From Candidatus Wolframiiraptor gerlachensis (GTDB taxonomy: Archaea > Thermoproteota > Nitrososphaeria_A > Caldarchaeales > Wolframiiraptoraceae), in assembly GCA_021323375.2 (NCBI GenBank), contig JAJPCT020000001.1, forward strand, positions 1 to 64,000: DNA of 64,000 nt, given 5' to 3'. A program made the translations under genes and the position numbers. Numbering within the stretch: position 1 is the stretch's first letter; each line of letters starts with the position of its first letter. Shown piece by piece: positions 19,827-30,136 of this stretch. The notes beneath the pieces were generated by a model. The model worked only from the letters and a program-made list of their open reading frames with translations, had not been told where the DNA came from and made no database searches.

Positions 19827-21278
19827 ATGATGGTTGAGGATCTGTTAAAGTATGCTCTTGAGGAGGCTGGTAGGCTGGGCGCGAGCTATGCTGAGGCGAG
19901 ATATCAGAAGGATGTCGAGGAGACTATTATCTTAAAGAATGGCTCCCCCGAAATCACCGCGAGATCCGTTGATGAGGGGATTGGCGTAAGGATTCTCGTC
20001 AATGGTGCTCTAGGATTCTCATCAACACCATTTCTCACTAAGTCCTCCATTAGGGAGACTGTTAGGTCGGCCTTCTCCATGGCTAAGGCGGCATCGCGGC
20101 TCCTCAAGGACAGGATCAAGCTGAGTGATGAGGAGATGTCTAGGACGAGGGTCGAGGTCAAGCCGAGGGTGAGGTTCGACGCCGTGGACTTGGATGCCAA
20201 GATAGAGTTCCTGAGGGAAATGGATTCCTCGATCCTCGAAGCAGCTGAGAGACGAGGCTTGAAGGTGACGAGGTTTCTCGAGGTTGGGAGGCGCGATCTC
20301 GAGAAATGGGTCATGAATAGTGATGGCGCGGATGTCTTTACGAGAATCCCGAGGACTTTTCTCGAGTATTTCATAACTCTCTACTCGCCGCAGCATGGGA
20401 GCATTCAGAGGTTTCAACATCTTGGTGAGGCTAGGGGCTGGGAGGCTGTTGAGGCATGGAGACCTATCGAGATGGTCTCGGAGGAGGTTGAGCATATGGC
20501 CGCCGTCCTGCTGCAAGGAATCGCGCCGCCAAGGGATCCCGTCGATGTCGTGCTCGGGCCAGAGATCGTTGGAATAATCTGCCATGAGTCCGCTGGCCAC
20601 CCGGGCGAGGCTGACAGGGTTCTTGGCAGGGAGCTTGCTCAGGGAGGCGACAGCTATATCAAGCCGGAGCTGCTCGGGACGAGGATAGGATCGGATGTCG
20701 TTACGGTTGTTGATGACCCGACGATCCCCCATTCATTCGGCTATAGCCCATATGATGATGAGGGCATCAGGGGGAGGGAGCGGAAGCTGATAGAGAACGG
20801 CATCTTGAGGGAGCTCCTGCATAATCGGGAGACCGCGGCGATATTCGGCGTCAGGAGCAATGGGGCAGCTAGGTCTGCTGGCTACGACTTGGAGCCTATC
20901 ATAAGAATGTCAACGACATACATGAAGCCGGGAGACTACTCCTTCGATGAGCTGCTCGAGGATATACGGGAGGGTGTCTATATCAAGAGCTACCAAGAGT
21001 GGAATATTGATGATAAGCGCTGGAACCAGAGATATGTCGGCGTCGAGGCTTATAGGATAGTTGATGGAGAGCTGCGGGAGCCCGTTAGAAACCCCGTTCT
21101 GGAGATGACCACTCGGAGCCTCTACTCATCAATAGATGCTGTTGGCAAGGATCTCGAGTTCTTCGCTGGATATTGTGGGAAGGGTGACCCGATGCAGGGC
21201 ATCCCAGTCTGGATGGGCGGCCCGCATATCAGGCTTAGGAGAGTGAGGTTGGGATCAACCCCACCGAGATCAGATTAA
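19827..21278 (+). CDS. tldD: TldD/PmbA-family metalloprotease
   Basis: HESAGHPGEAD, DDEG, CGKG. Confidence 0.92.
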   Translation: MMVEDLLKYALEEAGRLGASYAEARYQKDVEETIILKNGSPEITARSVDEGIGVRILVNGALGFSSTPFLTKSSIRETVRSAFSMAKAASRLLKDRIKLSDEEMSRTRVEVKPRVRFDAVDLDAKIEFLREMDSSILEAAERRGLKVTRFLEVGRRDLEKWVMNSDGADVFTRIPRTFLEYFITLYSPQHGSIQRFQHLGEARGWEAVEAWRPIEMVSEEVEHMAAVLLQGIAPPRDPVDVVLGPEIVGIICHESAGHPGEADRVLGRELAQGGDSYIKPELLGTRIGSDVVTVVDDPTIPHSFGYSPYDDEGIRGRERKLIENGILRELLHNRETAAIFGVRSNGAARSAGYDLEPIIRMSTTYMKPGDYSFDELLEDIREGVYIKSYQEWNIDDKRWNQRYVGVEAYRIVDGELREPVRNPVLEMTTRSLYSSIDAVGKDLEFFAGYCGKGDPMQGIPVWMGGPHIRLRRVRLGSTPPRSD

Positions 21279-21285
21279 GAGAGTA

Positions 21286-24200
21286 TTAGTTGAGGAATTC
21301 CTCGAGCGACGGCTGGCCCATGCGGTTCTCAGCGCCGAAGATCCTTCTCACATTCTCGATTGCGAGCGCAACCCTCTCCGCGAGATAGCGGTCCCTGATC
21401 TTCTTCACGAGAAGGTTCTCGACCAGATCCATATATTTCTCCACAGCACCCCTAAAGACCGTTTGAGAGACCTCTCCACCACAATTCACGCATACGCCGG
21501 TGAGAGGCGGCCTCCTATACTTCCCCCCACATCGCTTACACTTGAACTCCTGGAGGAGGAATGCTCTCATGTTCCCGAGTATATCTGAGAGGAGGTGCGT
21601 CTCAACAATCTTCTCAGCGACCATGCACTCGTCAACAGCCTCGACCTTCTCAGCCAGCTCAAGTTGCCCCATGATCTTCTCGAGCATACTGCCATGCCTC
21701 TTATACGTGGACTCAACTGGGTAAGCGGTGAGGCTGCTCTGGGGATGCGTAAACCCGACTCTCAAGGGCTTGCCCTCGGCTAGGAGAGCCTTTATCAAGG
21801 GGATCTTGCCTGCGAGCTCGGATACGTGTCCACCTCGCTCCGCGAGCCTGTAGAACTCTAATGGTATCCGATTCAGGACATCTAGGTTATGCGCCTGCTC
21901 ATCAACCTCCTTCGGGTCTATTACTACCGTGAGGAGGAGAGGCGCATCCATCTTCCCGCCAATCTTGCTGGGTAGATAGAGCCTTGAAAAGTTTATCAGT
22001 GGATCTAGGAGCAGCATTATGCTATCCTCGTCGCCGTCGCAATCCCTTCTCTTCGCGGCGTGGAAGATTGGGTGGGCGAAGCATGCTAGGGAGTCCGTGA
22101 ATCCTATAACCCTGCCGACAACCCCGGCATACGTGTGAGGTGATAGAGCTGCTATCAGCACGCCCACGATATCCTCTATGGACTCGAAGCCATAGAATGG
22201 CTCCATGCCAGCGAGCTTGACGAGGAGCTCGTCGATGAACTTCGAGACCTTGAGTAGGTGCTCCGCGGCCTTGCGCGGGATGACAACATCCTGCGGCTTC
22301 AGTTCCAGTATCTGGTCTGGCGAGACGAGCTCCCTGCCATATATGTCATGTGTGTAGCCGAGCTCTCTTAGCTTCTCGACCGGCGTCGAGATCTGCCTAG
22401 GCGTGAAATGTGTCAGGGGGGCATTCGTCGCATCAAACCTTATCGTCCCATCCTTGTAGATGTAGAGGCCATATTTCGCCCTGAGAATGCCCTTCTCTAT
22501 GAGCTCCGGCGCCTTCACCGCGCTATTGAGGCCCTTAACGCCCTTGAGCCTGCTTGGCGCCTGCTCCGAGATCCTCTTCAGGGCATAATAGAGCTCCTCG
22601 CCTACGTTAACCATGAACTTCCTCGAGAACTTGATCCTGCCACCACACTTTGGACATTTAGCATCCTCCTCATATTCGACCTCGAGCCCGCATTCCATGC
22701 ATGTTCCAATGATCTCCGTCAACATGCCGCATCGCGGGCACCTCACCTTCCAAGTTACCTCGCCGCACTCTGGGCATTTTCTAGTGCAGAGCTCGACTGA
22801 TATTTTCCTGCCATTTTTCGCGGCCGCGACGAGGTCTCTCGTACTGCCGCCCGCATCGGCTATTGGGAAGAGCACGTTCACTGGGGGGCTCATCTCCCTC
22901 TGAGCAGCCTTCTCAGGCCTACCCATCCTAGCTCCGATAAATGATCCAGCCTTATCCCGCTGAGGTATTCCGGAGATGGCCTCAATCGCCTTGATTGGAT
23001 CGTCTCCTTCCAGCCTTTCATCGCTAAATGGTCTCAGGCAGGCTAGAAGAGCCTTAAACCATGATAATGGCACCTTTATCTTGCTCTCCGAGACCATGTG
23101 CTCGACGAGTATCCTTGTTAGCACTTGCTTAGCTGCATCATCTCGCGGGAGGGATACGTATCCATTCTCGATCAGGAGGCTGCTCGCGCCTAATCTTATC
23201 CAGCTTCTCAGCATCTCGAGATCATTTATTGAGGCATTTCTCCAGAATGGAAGGTATTCGGGGTGTAGGGGAATCTTGAGTGCTATGCTGAGCCTTATTG
23301 CGTCCTCGATGCTCGGCTTTCGGTGGAGTGGATCTTCTAATATCCAGTTGGCGAGCTCTCTAAGATGTGGGGGCGAGATGTCAAGCTTTTCCCTAAGCTC
23401 CTCGGCCCACCACTCCTCGCAGTATCCCGGCCTCCTAATCTCGGCATTATTCTCGATCAGATCTCCTATCGAGATCAGGATATCTCCTAGGAAGAGTATC
23501 TTCACGATCTTGCCCTCAACCCTTTTTAGATCTTCCTCGGACCTGATCTTCATCACGCTGCCATCATCTAACATGACTATCGGAGGCTCGATCGAGTCTA
23601 CTGGCGAGACTATTCCACCCTTCCCGGGATAATCCAGCTTAAGCTGGGTGCCTGTCGTGAGGTAACCCTTCAGGAGCTTGAGTGTTAGGGGGTGGAGGCC
23701 GACGGCCTGCATCCCAGTCGAGAAAGACCGGCCATATCTTATCCTGAACCCCCCGAAGGTCTTTGAGGATGAGAGGAGGGGCCTCCCGCCAACCAGCTCA
23801 TCCAAGTAGCTCTGCTCATCCTCATTGCTCACGAGCTCTTTCATCCTCTCAGCCACATGTCTTATCCAATCCCATCCCTCGAGGCCGAGCTCTTCCACGA
23901 GCTTCAAGACCTTCTTCGCCCTACCAGCTATGCCATCGTTCACAACCCTCAGGGCCCCGCCCCTGAGATAATTCGTCTCGATCCTCGGGAGATTCCTATA
24001 CGATGATGCCTGGATCCTGTCCGTGGCGATGCCTGTAACCTCGACCGGAAGCCTTCTCAAGATGAATTCTATCAAGTCCTCTGGGACATTATACTGGAAT
24101 CTCGAGACCCTTCTCTGATACGTCCTCAGCTCCTCGATGAATCTCATGACCTCCTCGTCAGTCGGCTTATACCTCTCGAGCCCGAGGAGCCTCCTAACAT

Positions 24201-24672
24201 GATCTGCTAGCAGGATTATTGACGCGAGCTCCGTCCCACCAGCAGATCTTATGGGCCCGGCGAAGTATACTGATAGGTGCTTGGAGCCATCCGGGTTCCG
24301 CTTGATCTTCACATCCACTATGCCCTCGGTTGGAGCGGCTGTAATGCATGGCGGTGTTAGGACTGCTAGACAGGTCCGTATGACCTGGAGCGCCAGCTCC
24401 TCATCACTCATCCTGCCCCGAAGCTCAGAGACCAGCTCCTCAGCCAGCTTGAAGGCAAGCCTCTCTTGGGAGATCCTCCCAAAGTATCTTCTAATCTTCT
24501 CAGCGACGCCTCGTGGTCCCACTAGGAGCTCAACCCTCTCGGCCAAGTCTTTGGCCAGAAGTATCTCGACCTCGGGGGTTGGCGACCCTATCCTCCTACG
24601 AGCCTCGACAGCAACCTGATAACACCTCTGAAACTCCCTCTCTATGAGCGCCCTATACTCCTCTTCATCCAT
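21286..24672 (-). CDS. polC: DNA polymerase D large subunit DP2
   Basis: AGPIRSAGGT, RMGRPEK, AAKRRDCDGDED, Zn modules. Confidence 0.97.
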   Translation of the reverse strand: MDEEEYRALIEREFQRCYQVAVEARRRIGSPTPEVEILLAKDLAERVELLVGPRGVAEKIRRYFGRISQERLAFKLAEELVSELRGRMSDEELALQVIRTCLAVLTPPCITAAPTEGIVDVKIKRNPDGSKHLSVYFAGPIRSAGGTELASIILLADHVRRLLGLERYKPTDEEVMRFIEELRTYQRRVSRFQYNVPEDLIEFILRRLPVEVTGIATDRIQASSYRNLPRIETNYLRGGALRVVNDGIAGRAKKVLKLVEELGLEGWDWIRHVAERMKELVSNEDEQSYLDELVGGRPLLSSSKTFGGFRIRYGRSFSTGMQAVGLHPLTLKLLKGYLTTGTQLKLDYPGKGGIVSPVDSIEPPIVMLDDGSVMKIRSEEDLKRVEGKIVKILFLGDILISIGDLIENNAEIRRPGYCEEWWAEELREKLDISPPHLRELANWILEDPLHRKPSIEDAIRLSIALKIPLHPEYLPFWRNASINDLEMLRSWIRLGASSLLIENGYVSLPRDDAAKQVLTRILVEHMVSESKIKVPLSWFKALLACLRPFSDERLEGDDPIKAIEAISGIPQRDKAGSFIGARMGRPEKAAQREMSPPVNVLFPIADAGGSTRDLVAAAKNGRKISVELCTRKCPECGEVTWKVRCPRCGMLTEIIGTCMECGLEVEYEEDAKCPKCGGRIKFSRKFMVNVGEELYYALKRISEQAPSRLKGVKGLNSAVKAPELIEKGILRAKYGLYIYKDGTIRFDATNAPLTHFTPRQISTPVEKLRELGYTHDIYGRELVSPDQILELKPQDVVIPRKAAEHLLKVSKFIDELLVKLAGMEPFYGFESIEDIVGVLIAALSPHTYAGVVGRVIGFTDSLACFAHPIFHAAKRRDCDGDEDSIMLLLDPLINFSRLYLPSKIGGKMDAPLLLTVVIDPKEVDEQAHNLDVLNRIPLEFYRLAERGGHVSELAGKIPLIKALLAEGKPLRVGFTHPQSSLTAYPVESTYKRHGSMLEKIMGQLELAEKVEAVDECMVAEKIVETHLLSDILGNMRAFLLQEFKCKRCGGKYRRPPLTGVCVNCGGEVSQTVFRGAVEKYMDLVENLLVKKIRDRYLAERVALAIENVRRIFGAENRMGQPSLEEFLN

Positions 24673-24778
24673 TCAAGATACCTATATGCTCCAACCATTA
24701 TTTAAAAGATGGAGATATGCTTGGTGATCGCGCTCCCACAAAATACGCGCAAGATCCCCCATGATCCAGTCTCAAGAA

Positions 24779-25618
24779 TTATTCTGTTAGCTTTTTCGGG
24801 AGTATTCGGCCTAGGGCCTCGAGTATCTCCTTAGCAACCTCCCTTGGATGCTTGAGGGATGGCTTGACCCCTATGAAGCCAAGCTCCTTTGTCAGGGATG
24901 CTATCTGTGGTGGGAGGAGGTTGCATGATGACAGTAGGCTTTCATCCAAAAGTATCTTCTCGGCGTCGCCGTCCGCGATTATCCTGCCGCGCTTCATCAA
25001 GATTATCCTCGGCTTTAGCTGGGCGATAAACTCGACATCATGACTCGATATTATTATCGTCCTACCCTGCTCCTTTAGGAGCCTTATCATCTGCATCAGT
25101 TTCTCCTTCTGGAGTTGATCTTGGCCTGTTGTCGGCTCATCAAGAGCTATGACCTCAGGCGACCATGCCAGTATTATGGCGAGCGCGAGCCTCTTCTTCT
25201 CCCCACCGCTCAGGAGGAATGGTGATGACTCCGCGTAATCCCCAAGCTCCATGAAGTTTAGCGCCCATTCAACCCTCCGTCTCACAACTGATTCATCATA
25301 GCCGAAATTTCTGAGGGCGAAGGCGACCTCATCCCATACTGTGCTCGAGAAGAACATCGACTCCGCGTTCTGGAATACTAGGCCCACTTTCTTGGCGAGC
25401 TCGGCGACGGTGGCGCTCTTCGTATCAACACCATCCACAAGAACCCTTCCACGAGTTGGCTTTAGTAGCCCGTTGATGTGCTTGAGAAGCGTGGTCTTCC
25501 CAGATCCATTCTCGCCCATTAACGCGATTACCTCGCCCCTTTCAATCCTTAGAGTGACGCCATCCAAGGCCTTGACCCCATTCGGGTAAACATACTCCAC
25601 GTTCTCAAAGACTATCAT
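24779..25618 (-). CDS. ECF transporter ATPase
   Basis: GENGSGKT, VFQN, LSGGEKKR, DEPT. Confidence 0.9.
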   Translation of the reverse strand: MIVFENVEYVYPNGVKALDGVTLRIERGEVIALMGENGSGKTTLLKHINGLLKPTRGRVLVDGVDTKSATVAELAKKVGLVFQNAESMFFSSTVWDEVAFALRNFGYDESVVRRRVEWALNFMELGDYAESSPFLLSGGEKKRLALAIILAWSPEVIALDEPTTGQDQLQKEKLMQMIRLLKEQGRTIIISSHDVEFIAQLKPRIILMKRGRIIADGDAEKILLDESLLSSCNLLPPQIASLTKELGFIGVKPSLKHPREVAKEILEALGRILPKKLTE

Positions 25619-26511
25619 CCGATCAGCCCCCTGACTTTCTCGACGAACTCGCGAATCGTGAGCGGCATCCTATCGAACCTCAAGCATCCCCCATGAGCAT
25701 TCACATATCTCGCGACCTCTGAGACCCTTGGAGGTGCGACGCCGTAAACCAGTAGATCCTCATCTTTTAGTATCGCTCTGGGGTTGTCGTCCCTAACTAT
25801 CCTCCCCCGATCCATTACTATGAGCCTGTCGGCATATGGGAGGATGAGGTCGAGCCTGTGCTCCGAGATTATTATCGTTAATCCCTCACGCCTGTTAAGC
25901 TCTACTATCGAGTCTATTAGATTCTTCGCAGACGCCGGGTCGAGGGAGCTCGTCGGCTCATCGAGGAGGAGTATCTTCGGCCTCATCGCGAGAACCGATG
26001 CTATGGCCACCTTCTGCTTCTGCCCGCCCGAGAGCTCGAATGGAGACCTATATCTTAGATCCTCTATGCCGAGGATCTTGAGCGCCCACTCAATCCTCTC
26101 CAAGATTACCTCCCGGGGGAGACCTAGATTCTCGAGTGGGAAGGCCACATCAGCCTCGACACTCAGGGCGAATAGCTGGTTATCCGGGTTCTGGAAAACC
26201 ATCCCAGCAACCTGTGATAAGATATGTGTCGGCATGTTTCGAGTATCCATCCCATCAACTAGAACCCGTCCGGACATCTCGCCCTCATAGAAGTTTGGTA
26301 TGAGGCCATTGAAACAGCGGAGTAGTGTCGTCTTACCGCAACCGCTCCTCCCGGCCAAAACTATGAACTCCCCCTTCTTCACCACCAGATTCACATCCCT
26401 GAGAGCATATTGGTCGCTTCCATAATACTTGAAGGAAAGGCCCTCGACGCGTATTATGGCTGGAGCTCCCTCGGCCTCTCCCCCAGCCTCTCGCCTATCA
26501 ACTCTAGACAT
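25615..26511 (-). CDS. ECF transporter ATPase
   Basis: GRSGCGKT, VFQNPDNQ, LSGGQKQ, DEPT. Confidence 0.9.
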   Translation of the reverse strand: MSRVDRREAGGEAEGAPAIIRVEGLSFKYYGSDQYALRDVNLVVKKGEFIVLAGRSGCGKTTLLRCFNGLIPNFYEGEMSGRVLVDGMDTRNMPTHILSQVAGMVFQNPDNQLFALSVEADVAFPLENLGLPREVILERIEWALKILGIEDLRYRSPFELSGGQKQKVAIASVLAMRPKILLLDEPTSSLDPASAKNLIDSIVELNRREGLTIIISEHRLDLILPYADRLIVMDRGRIVRDDNPRAILKDEDLLVYGVAPPRVSEVARYVNAHGGCLRFDRMPLTIREFVEKVRGLIG

Positions 26512-27470
26512 CTCTCCAAGATCTCCTCCAGCCCGCCCCTCGCACAGAAGGCCTTCGCGGCTGATGCGTGTCCACCCCCATGTCCCTTAAACTCTTCTCC
26601 AATCCTCGCAGCAATATCCCTGCCAAGATTTATCCCTGTTGCGTCGATGAACTCCTTCAAGGCCCTGAAGGATATCGTAATGCCTTCATCGGATTCCCCG
26701 CCGACTATCGCCATGTGGGCGCCGAGGTTTACGAGACTCCTAGCTGCCGAGCTCTGGAAGCTACTAAGCCTACTAACAGCTATGATCCAATCGCCAGCCT
26801 TGTATATGCGCATCCTAGCAGCCGCCTTGAGCCTCGCAATACGCTCCGATACATCCATCTTAACCTCGAGGCCTTGGAGAAGCTCTCTTGGATCTATTCC
26901 ACGTGATGCTAAGATGCAGGCTTTCCTAAGAGCCTCCCGGTCAGCCGTCAAGAACCTAACAGTATCATAATATATTCCGGCGAAGAGAGCCTCAGCCTCC
27001 CTGATCGAGAGATCATATCCCAGATACTCCGCAATGTCGAAGAGTATCTCAGAGACCGATGAATAGTCTTCCGAGGTATATACCTCGGCCCTGCCGCTGA
27101 ACTTCTCCATGCTAGTCGAGTGATGGTCTATGACTAGGATATGCTTCCCGGATTCGAGAATGCGCGCACTCTCGCCGAGCTGCTCAGGGGAGCCGCAGTC
27201 CAACACCACGTAGGCGTCAGCAAGGTCAAAATACTCTGATATGCTCAGCCCAAGCCTCTCCATGAGGGCGGCGCTATGCGTCGATGGACCTTCCGGGATC
27301 GTGAAAAGTGGCTTAGCGCACATAAGCTTCTCGAGCATATTTGAAAGGACATAGGCGGATCCGATCGAATCCGGATCTCCGCCAGCATGCGTTAAGATGG
27401 CGACCACTTTGCCAGAGAGACTTCTAAGCCTCTTCGCGATAAGCTCTATCAGGGCGGCGCTCCTCATCAA
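26454..27470 (-). CDS. DHH/DHHA1 phosphoesterase (NrnA-like)
   Basis: THAGGDPDS, IDHH, GIYYDT, GGGH. Confidence 0.88.
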   Translation of the reverse strand: MMRSAALIELIAKRLRSLSGKVVAILTHAGGDPDSIGSAYVLSNMLEKLMCAKPLFTIPEGPSTHSAALMERLGLSISEYFDLADAYVVLDCGSPEQLGESARILESGKHILVIDHHSTSMEKFSGRAEVYTSEDYSSVSEILFDIAEYLGYDLSIREAEALFAGIYYDTVRFLTADREALRKACILASRGIDPRELLQGLEVKMDVSERIARLKAAARMRIYKAGDWIIAVSRLSSFQSSAARSLVNLGAHMAIVGGESDEGITISFRALKEFIDATGINLGRDIAARIGEEFKGHGGGHASAAKAFCARGGLEEILERCLELIGERLGERPRELQP

Positions 27471-27847
27471 GAACCCTGTCCCGAGAGGGCCAGCCTAAGC
27501 TCCTTCTGAAGGCTCTCAAGCTGCTCCCTAGTCCTCTGCTCCTGCTTCTCCAAGAGCTTCAGCCGGGTCTCGGTAAGATCTCTCCTCTCCGTCAGCTCTT
27601 CCACGATTTTCTGCTTGCTGGTTTGGATTAAGACGGGGCCGACCGCCTTATAAACTACTACATCATCCGAAACCTTCTGAAGCTCCTCAAGCGCGCTCTT
27701 CACCTCTATGAGCTCCATCTCGAGCCTCTGCTTCTCGATCAAGATGGCGTTGAGAGTCTGCTGAAGCTGCTGAAACCTTACAAGCTGCTGCCTGATGCTT
27801 GGTGGAAGCTCTCCCTCGCCGGCGGACATCTCAAGAAAGCCGTTCAA
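27467..27847 (-). CDS. pfdB: Prefoldin beta subunit
   Basis: Coiled coils flanking VYKAVGPVLI; superoperon context. Confidence 0.93.
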   Translation of the reverse strand: MNGFLEMSAGEGELPPSIRQQLVRFQQLQQTLNAILIEKQRLEMELIEVKSALEELQKVSDDVVVYKAVGPVLIQTSKQKIVEELTERRDLTETRLKLLEKQEQRTREQLESLQKELRLALSGQGS

Positions 27848-27874
27848 CCGAGCTTAAAAGATTTCTTAACCAGC

Positions 27875-28195
27875 CTACAAGCCGAGACTCCTAATCGACT
27901 GCAGACATGCATCAATGAATCTGATGAAGGAGTTTAATGCTGCTCTGAGGGCGACTGGGTCCATGGCATATGCCCTTAGAATTAGTTTTTCACCCTCCAC
28001 GCCTACCTCTACGGACACTCTCCTTGAGGGGATATCTCTAGCCTCGGGGAGGAGTGCTCGATATATCGTCTCGGCCTCTTGCTTGCTGAGGTGGAGAATT
28101 ATCTCGGCCTCGAACCTACTTCTTTGGGAATGGTGTCCAGGCTCCTCCCGCGAATGTGTAGCCGCATTTTCTGCAGCTCCAGATCCCGACTGCAA
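27875..28195 (-). CDS. pcc1: KEOPS subunit Pcc1 (true start probably downstream)
   Basis: IYRALLPE...DPVALRAALNSFIR; between rpl37ae and pfdB. Confidence 0.82.
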   Translation of the reverse strand: MQSGSGAAENAATHSREEPGHHSQRSRFEAEIILHLSKQEAETIYRALLPEARDIPSRRVSVEVGVEGEKLILRAYAMDPVALRAALNSFIRFIDACLQSIRSLGL

Positions 28196-28343
28196 CTCTT
28201 CTCACCCTTGGCTGATTACAGTTGGGGCAGATGTGCCAAGCCCTCTGCTCCCGCTCAATTTCAGCGACACGCTTCCTGAGAGTCGAGCCGTATCTAGGCC
28301 CGAAGCGCTTCGCCGGGTTACCCTTAATCCTGCCGACCTGCAT
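28116..28343 (-). CDS. rpl37ae: 50S ribosomal protein L37Ae (eL43)
   Basis: RFGPRYG, CPNC, GIWSCRKC, AGGAW. Confidence 0.96.
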   Translation of the reverse strand: MQVGRIKGNPAKRFGPRYGSTLRKRVAEIEREQRAWHICPNCNQPRVRRVAVGIWSCRKCGYTFAGGAWTPFPKK

Positions 28344-28399
28344 CCCCTCTTCCTCCCAAAGCCCATGGCTCTCATAATTTAAGGATGATCCCGAGATGC

Positions 28400-28449
28400 T
28401 CAGCCAAGGCTGATTACATCATTCGATCAGCACCGCCTGGCCTCATCAC
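28400..28449 (-). ncRNA. Box C/D guide sRNA
   Basis: Minus strand: C GTGATGA, 12-nt guide, D' CTGA, C' ATGATGT, 12-nt guide, D CTGA. Confidence 0.88.
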
Positions 28450-28496
28450 CAGCCATTAACACGTTAAATCGGGATATAAGTTTCAGGCCGCCGGTT

Positions 28497-29333
28497 TTAG
28501 GGGCTTTCAGCTAGCTTTACTGGGACCTCCTGGAGGAATTTTCTCCTAATCTCGCCCGTCTTCTCGATGACTATGTCAACTATGCTATCCATAAGCTCGA
28601 GGGGTACTTGGCCCGGAGAATTCTTCTGGACACATGTTATGTTGCCCTTTTCATCAGCACCCATGACGAGGGATACGTCGAGGACCTTCTCCTCTTCGAG
28701 CTGTGGGTCGAGCAAGAACTTCTCACCAATCACCCCAACCATCACGGTGAATGGCAGCGATCTAATCTCCGGGGTGAAGTATTCCCCTGTCTTCTGAAGC
28801 TTACCGTCAACCACATCGTATCTCGGTAGCTTAGCGGTTGCAAGGGCTGCGAGGGCAGAGATCAGTGAGGGGTCGAAATAATTTCCATCATAATCAAGCA
28901 CATAGATGTCGATGAAGAGCACGTAGACCTTCTCTCCCTCGATGAGGCAGAGCTTCTTCAGGTCTAGAACCCTGCCCTCCCTCAAGCTCCTATCAACGAC
29001 TCTTGCGAGCTCTATTCCCCGCTCATCTGGTGGGCCCGGCTCGAAGCTTGCCGAGGCCAGGGGGAGCAGCTCCGCATTCACGGTAAATGTTCCCTCATCA
29101 GGCCTATCTGGGAAAGGCACGCCCACCTCGACCTTGATGCCCGTTAGGATCTTCGTGCTACCCATGGAGACTAGTGCAGAGCCCTCTGCCTTCGACAATA
29201 GGCCTGTCTCAATCTTTATCGGCCTGAGATCGGTCGGCTTCCTCCCATCGATCCTTTTATCCTGGAGGAGTAAGCTGTAGATCTTGCTCCGCATTATCTT
29301 GGCTGTTAAATCCTTCTTGGGCGCAAGGGCCAT
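28497..29333 (-). CDS. rrp42: Exosome subunit Rrp42
   Basis: RIDGR, AEGSA, ELARVVDRSLRE, YDGN. Confidence 0.95.
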   Translation of the reverse strand: MALAPKKDLTAKIMRSKIYSLLLQDKRIDGRKPTDLRPIKIETGLLSKAEGSALVSMGSTKILTGIKVEVGVPFPDRPDEGTFTVNAELLPLASASFEPGPPDERGIELARVVDRSLREGRVLDLKKLCLIEGEKVYVLFIDIYVLDYDGNYFDPSLISALAALATAKLPRYDVVDGKLQKTGEYFTPEIRSLPFTVMVGVIGEKFLLDPQLEEEKVLDVSLVMGADEKGNITCVQKNSPGQVPLELMDSIVDIVIEKTGEIRRKFLQEVPVKLAESP

Positions 29334-29336
29334 GTT

Positions 29337-30086
29337 TTAAACCTCCTCCGGCGAGATCTTACTAAACTTCTTCTTCAAGGCTTCTCTCTGAAGCCTATAG
29401 ATCTCGTCTATCCCCTTCTTGGCTAGGGCGAGCCCCCTCTTGAACTCCTCGACCGTCATCCGTCCATTAAGCTGGAGCATTACTATCGAGTTGAATCTAG
29501 GCGCCATGGCGACCGGCATATCCGCCTCACCATACTTGTCCTCGAGGTCGCAAAGGTCTAGCACGAGCTGGCCATCCACCTTGCCCACAGCAACACCCGC
29601 GATGAGGTCGGCCATGGGTATCCCCGCGTCCGCTAGGGCGAGTGAGGCCGCTGTAAGCCCCGCGGTCCTAGTCCCGCCATCAGCCTGAACAACCTCCACA
29701 TACACGTCTATCGCAGCCCTTGGGAACTCCTCGAGAAAGGCCACGGTCTCAAGAGCTTCTCTAATCACCTTCGAGAGCTCGATCTCCCTCCTAGTCATGC
29801 CAAGCGGCTTACGCTCCTCGACACTAAAGGAGGTCATGTGATATCTGCAGTTCAGGATTGCCCTGTCCGGTAGTGCTAGATGCCTTGGATGAGCCTCCCG
29901 CGGGCCGAAGACCGCCGCGATCACCTTAGTGCCCCCAAACTCCACATACGCCGACCCGTCGCTCTTATCCAACACGCCAACCTCCATCCTTATCGGCCTA
30001 AGCTCGTCAGCCCTCCTCCCATCAACCCTTCTACCATTCTCATCTATCAGCCGCTCCGGCCTAGACATCCCAGAAGCCTCCAACAA
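29337..30086 (-). CDS. rrp41: Exosome subunit Rrp41
   Basis: RVDGR, GPREAHP, QADGGTR. Confidence 0.96.
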   Translation of the reverse strand: MLEASGMSRPERLIDENGRRVDGRRADELRPIRMEVGVLDKSDGSAYVEFGGTKVIAAVFGPREAHPRHLALPDRAILNCRYHMTSFSVEERKPLGMTRREIELSKVIREALETVAFLEEFPRAAIDVYVEVVQADGGTRTAGLTAASLALADAGIPMADLIAGVAVGKVDGQLVLDLCDLEDKYGEADMPVAMAPRFNSIVMLQLNGRMTVEEFKRGLALAKKGIDEIYRLQREALKKKFSKISPEEV

Positions 30087-30136
30087 CTTCTAATCAACAC
30101 CTGTCAAGTTTCCGGGGCGTCACGGTATATATGGGT

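Noticed and set aside
21286-24672. Intein in DP2
   Set aside because: Normal length; no intein motifs seen.
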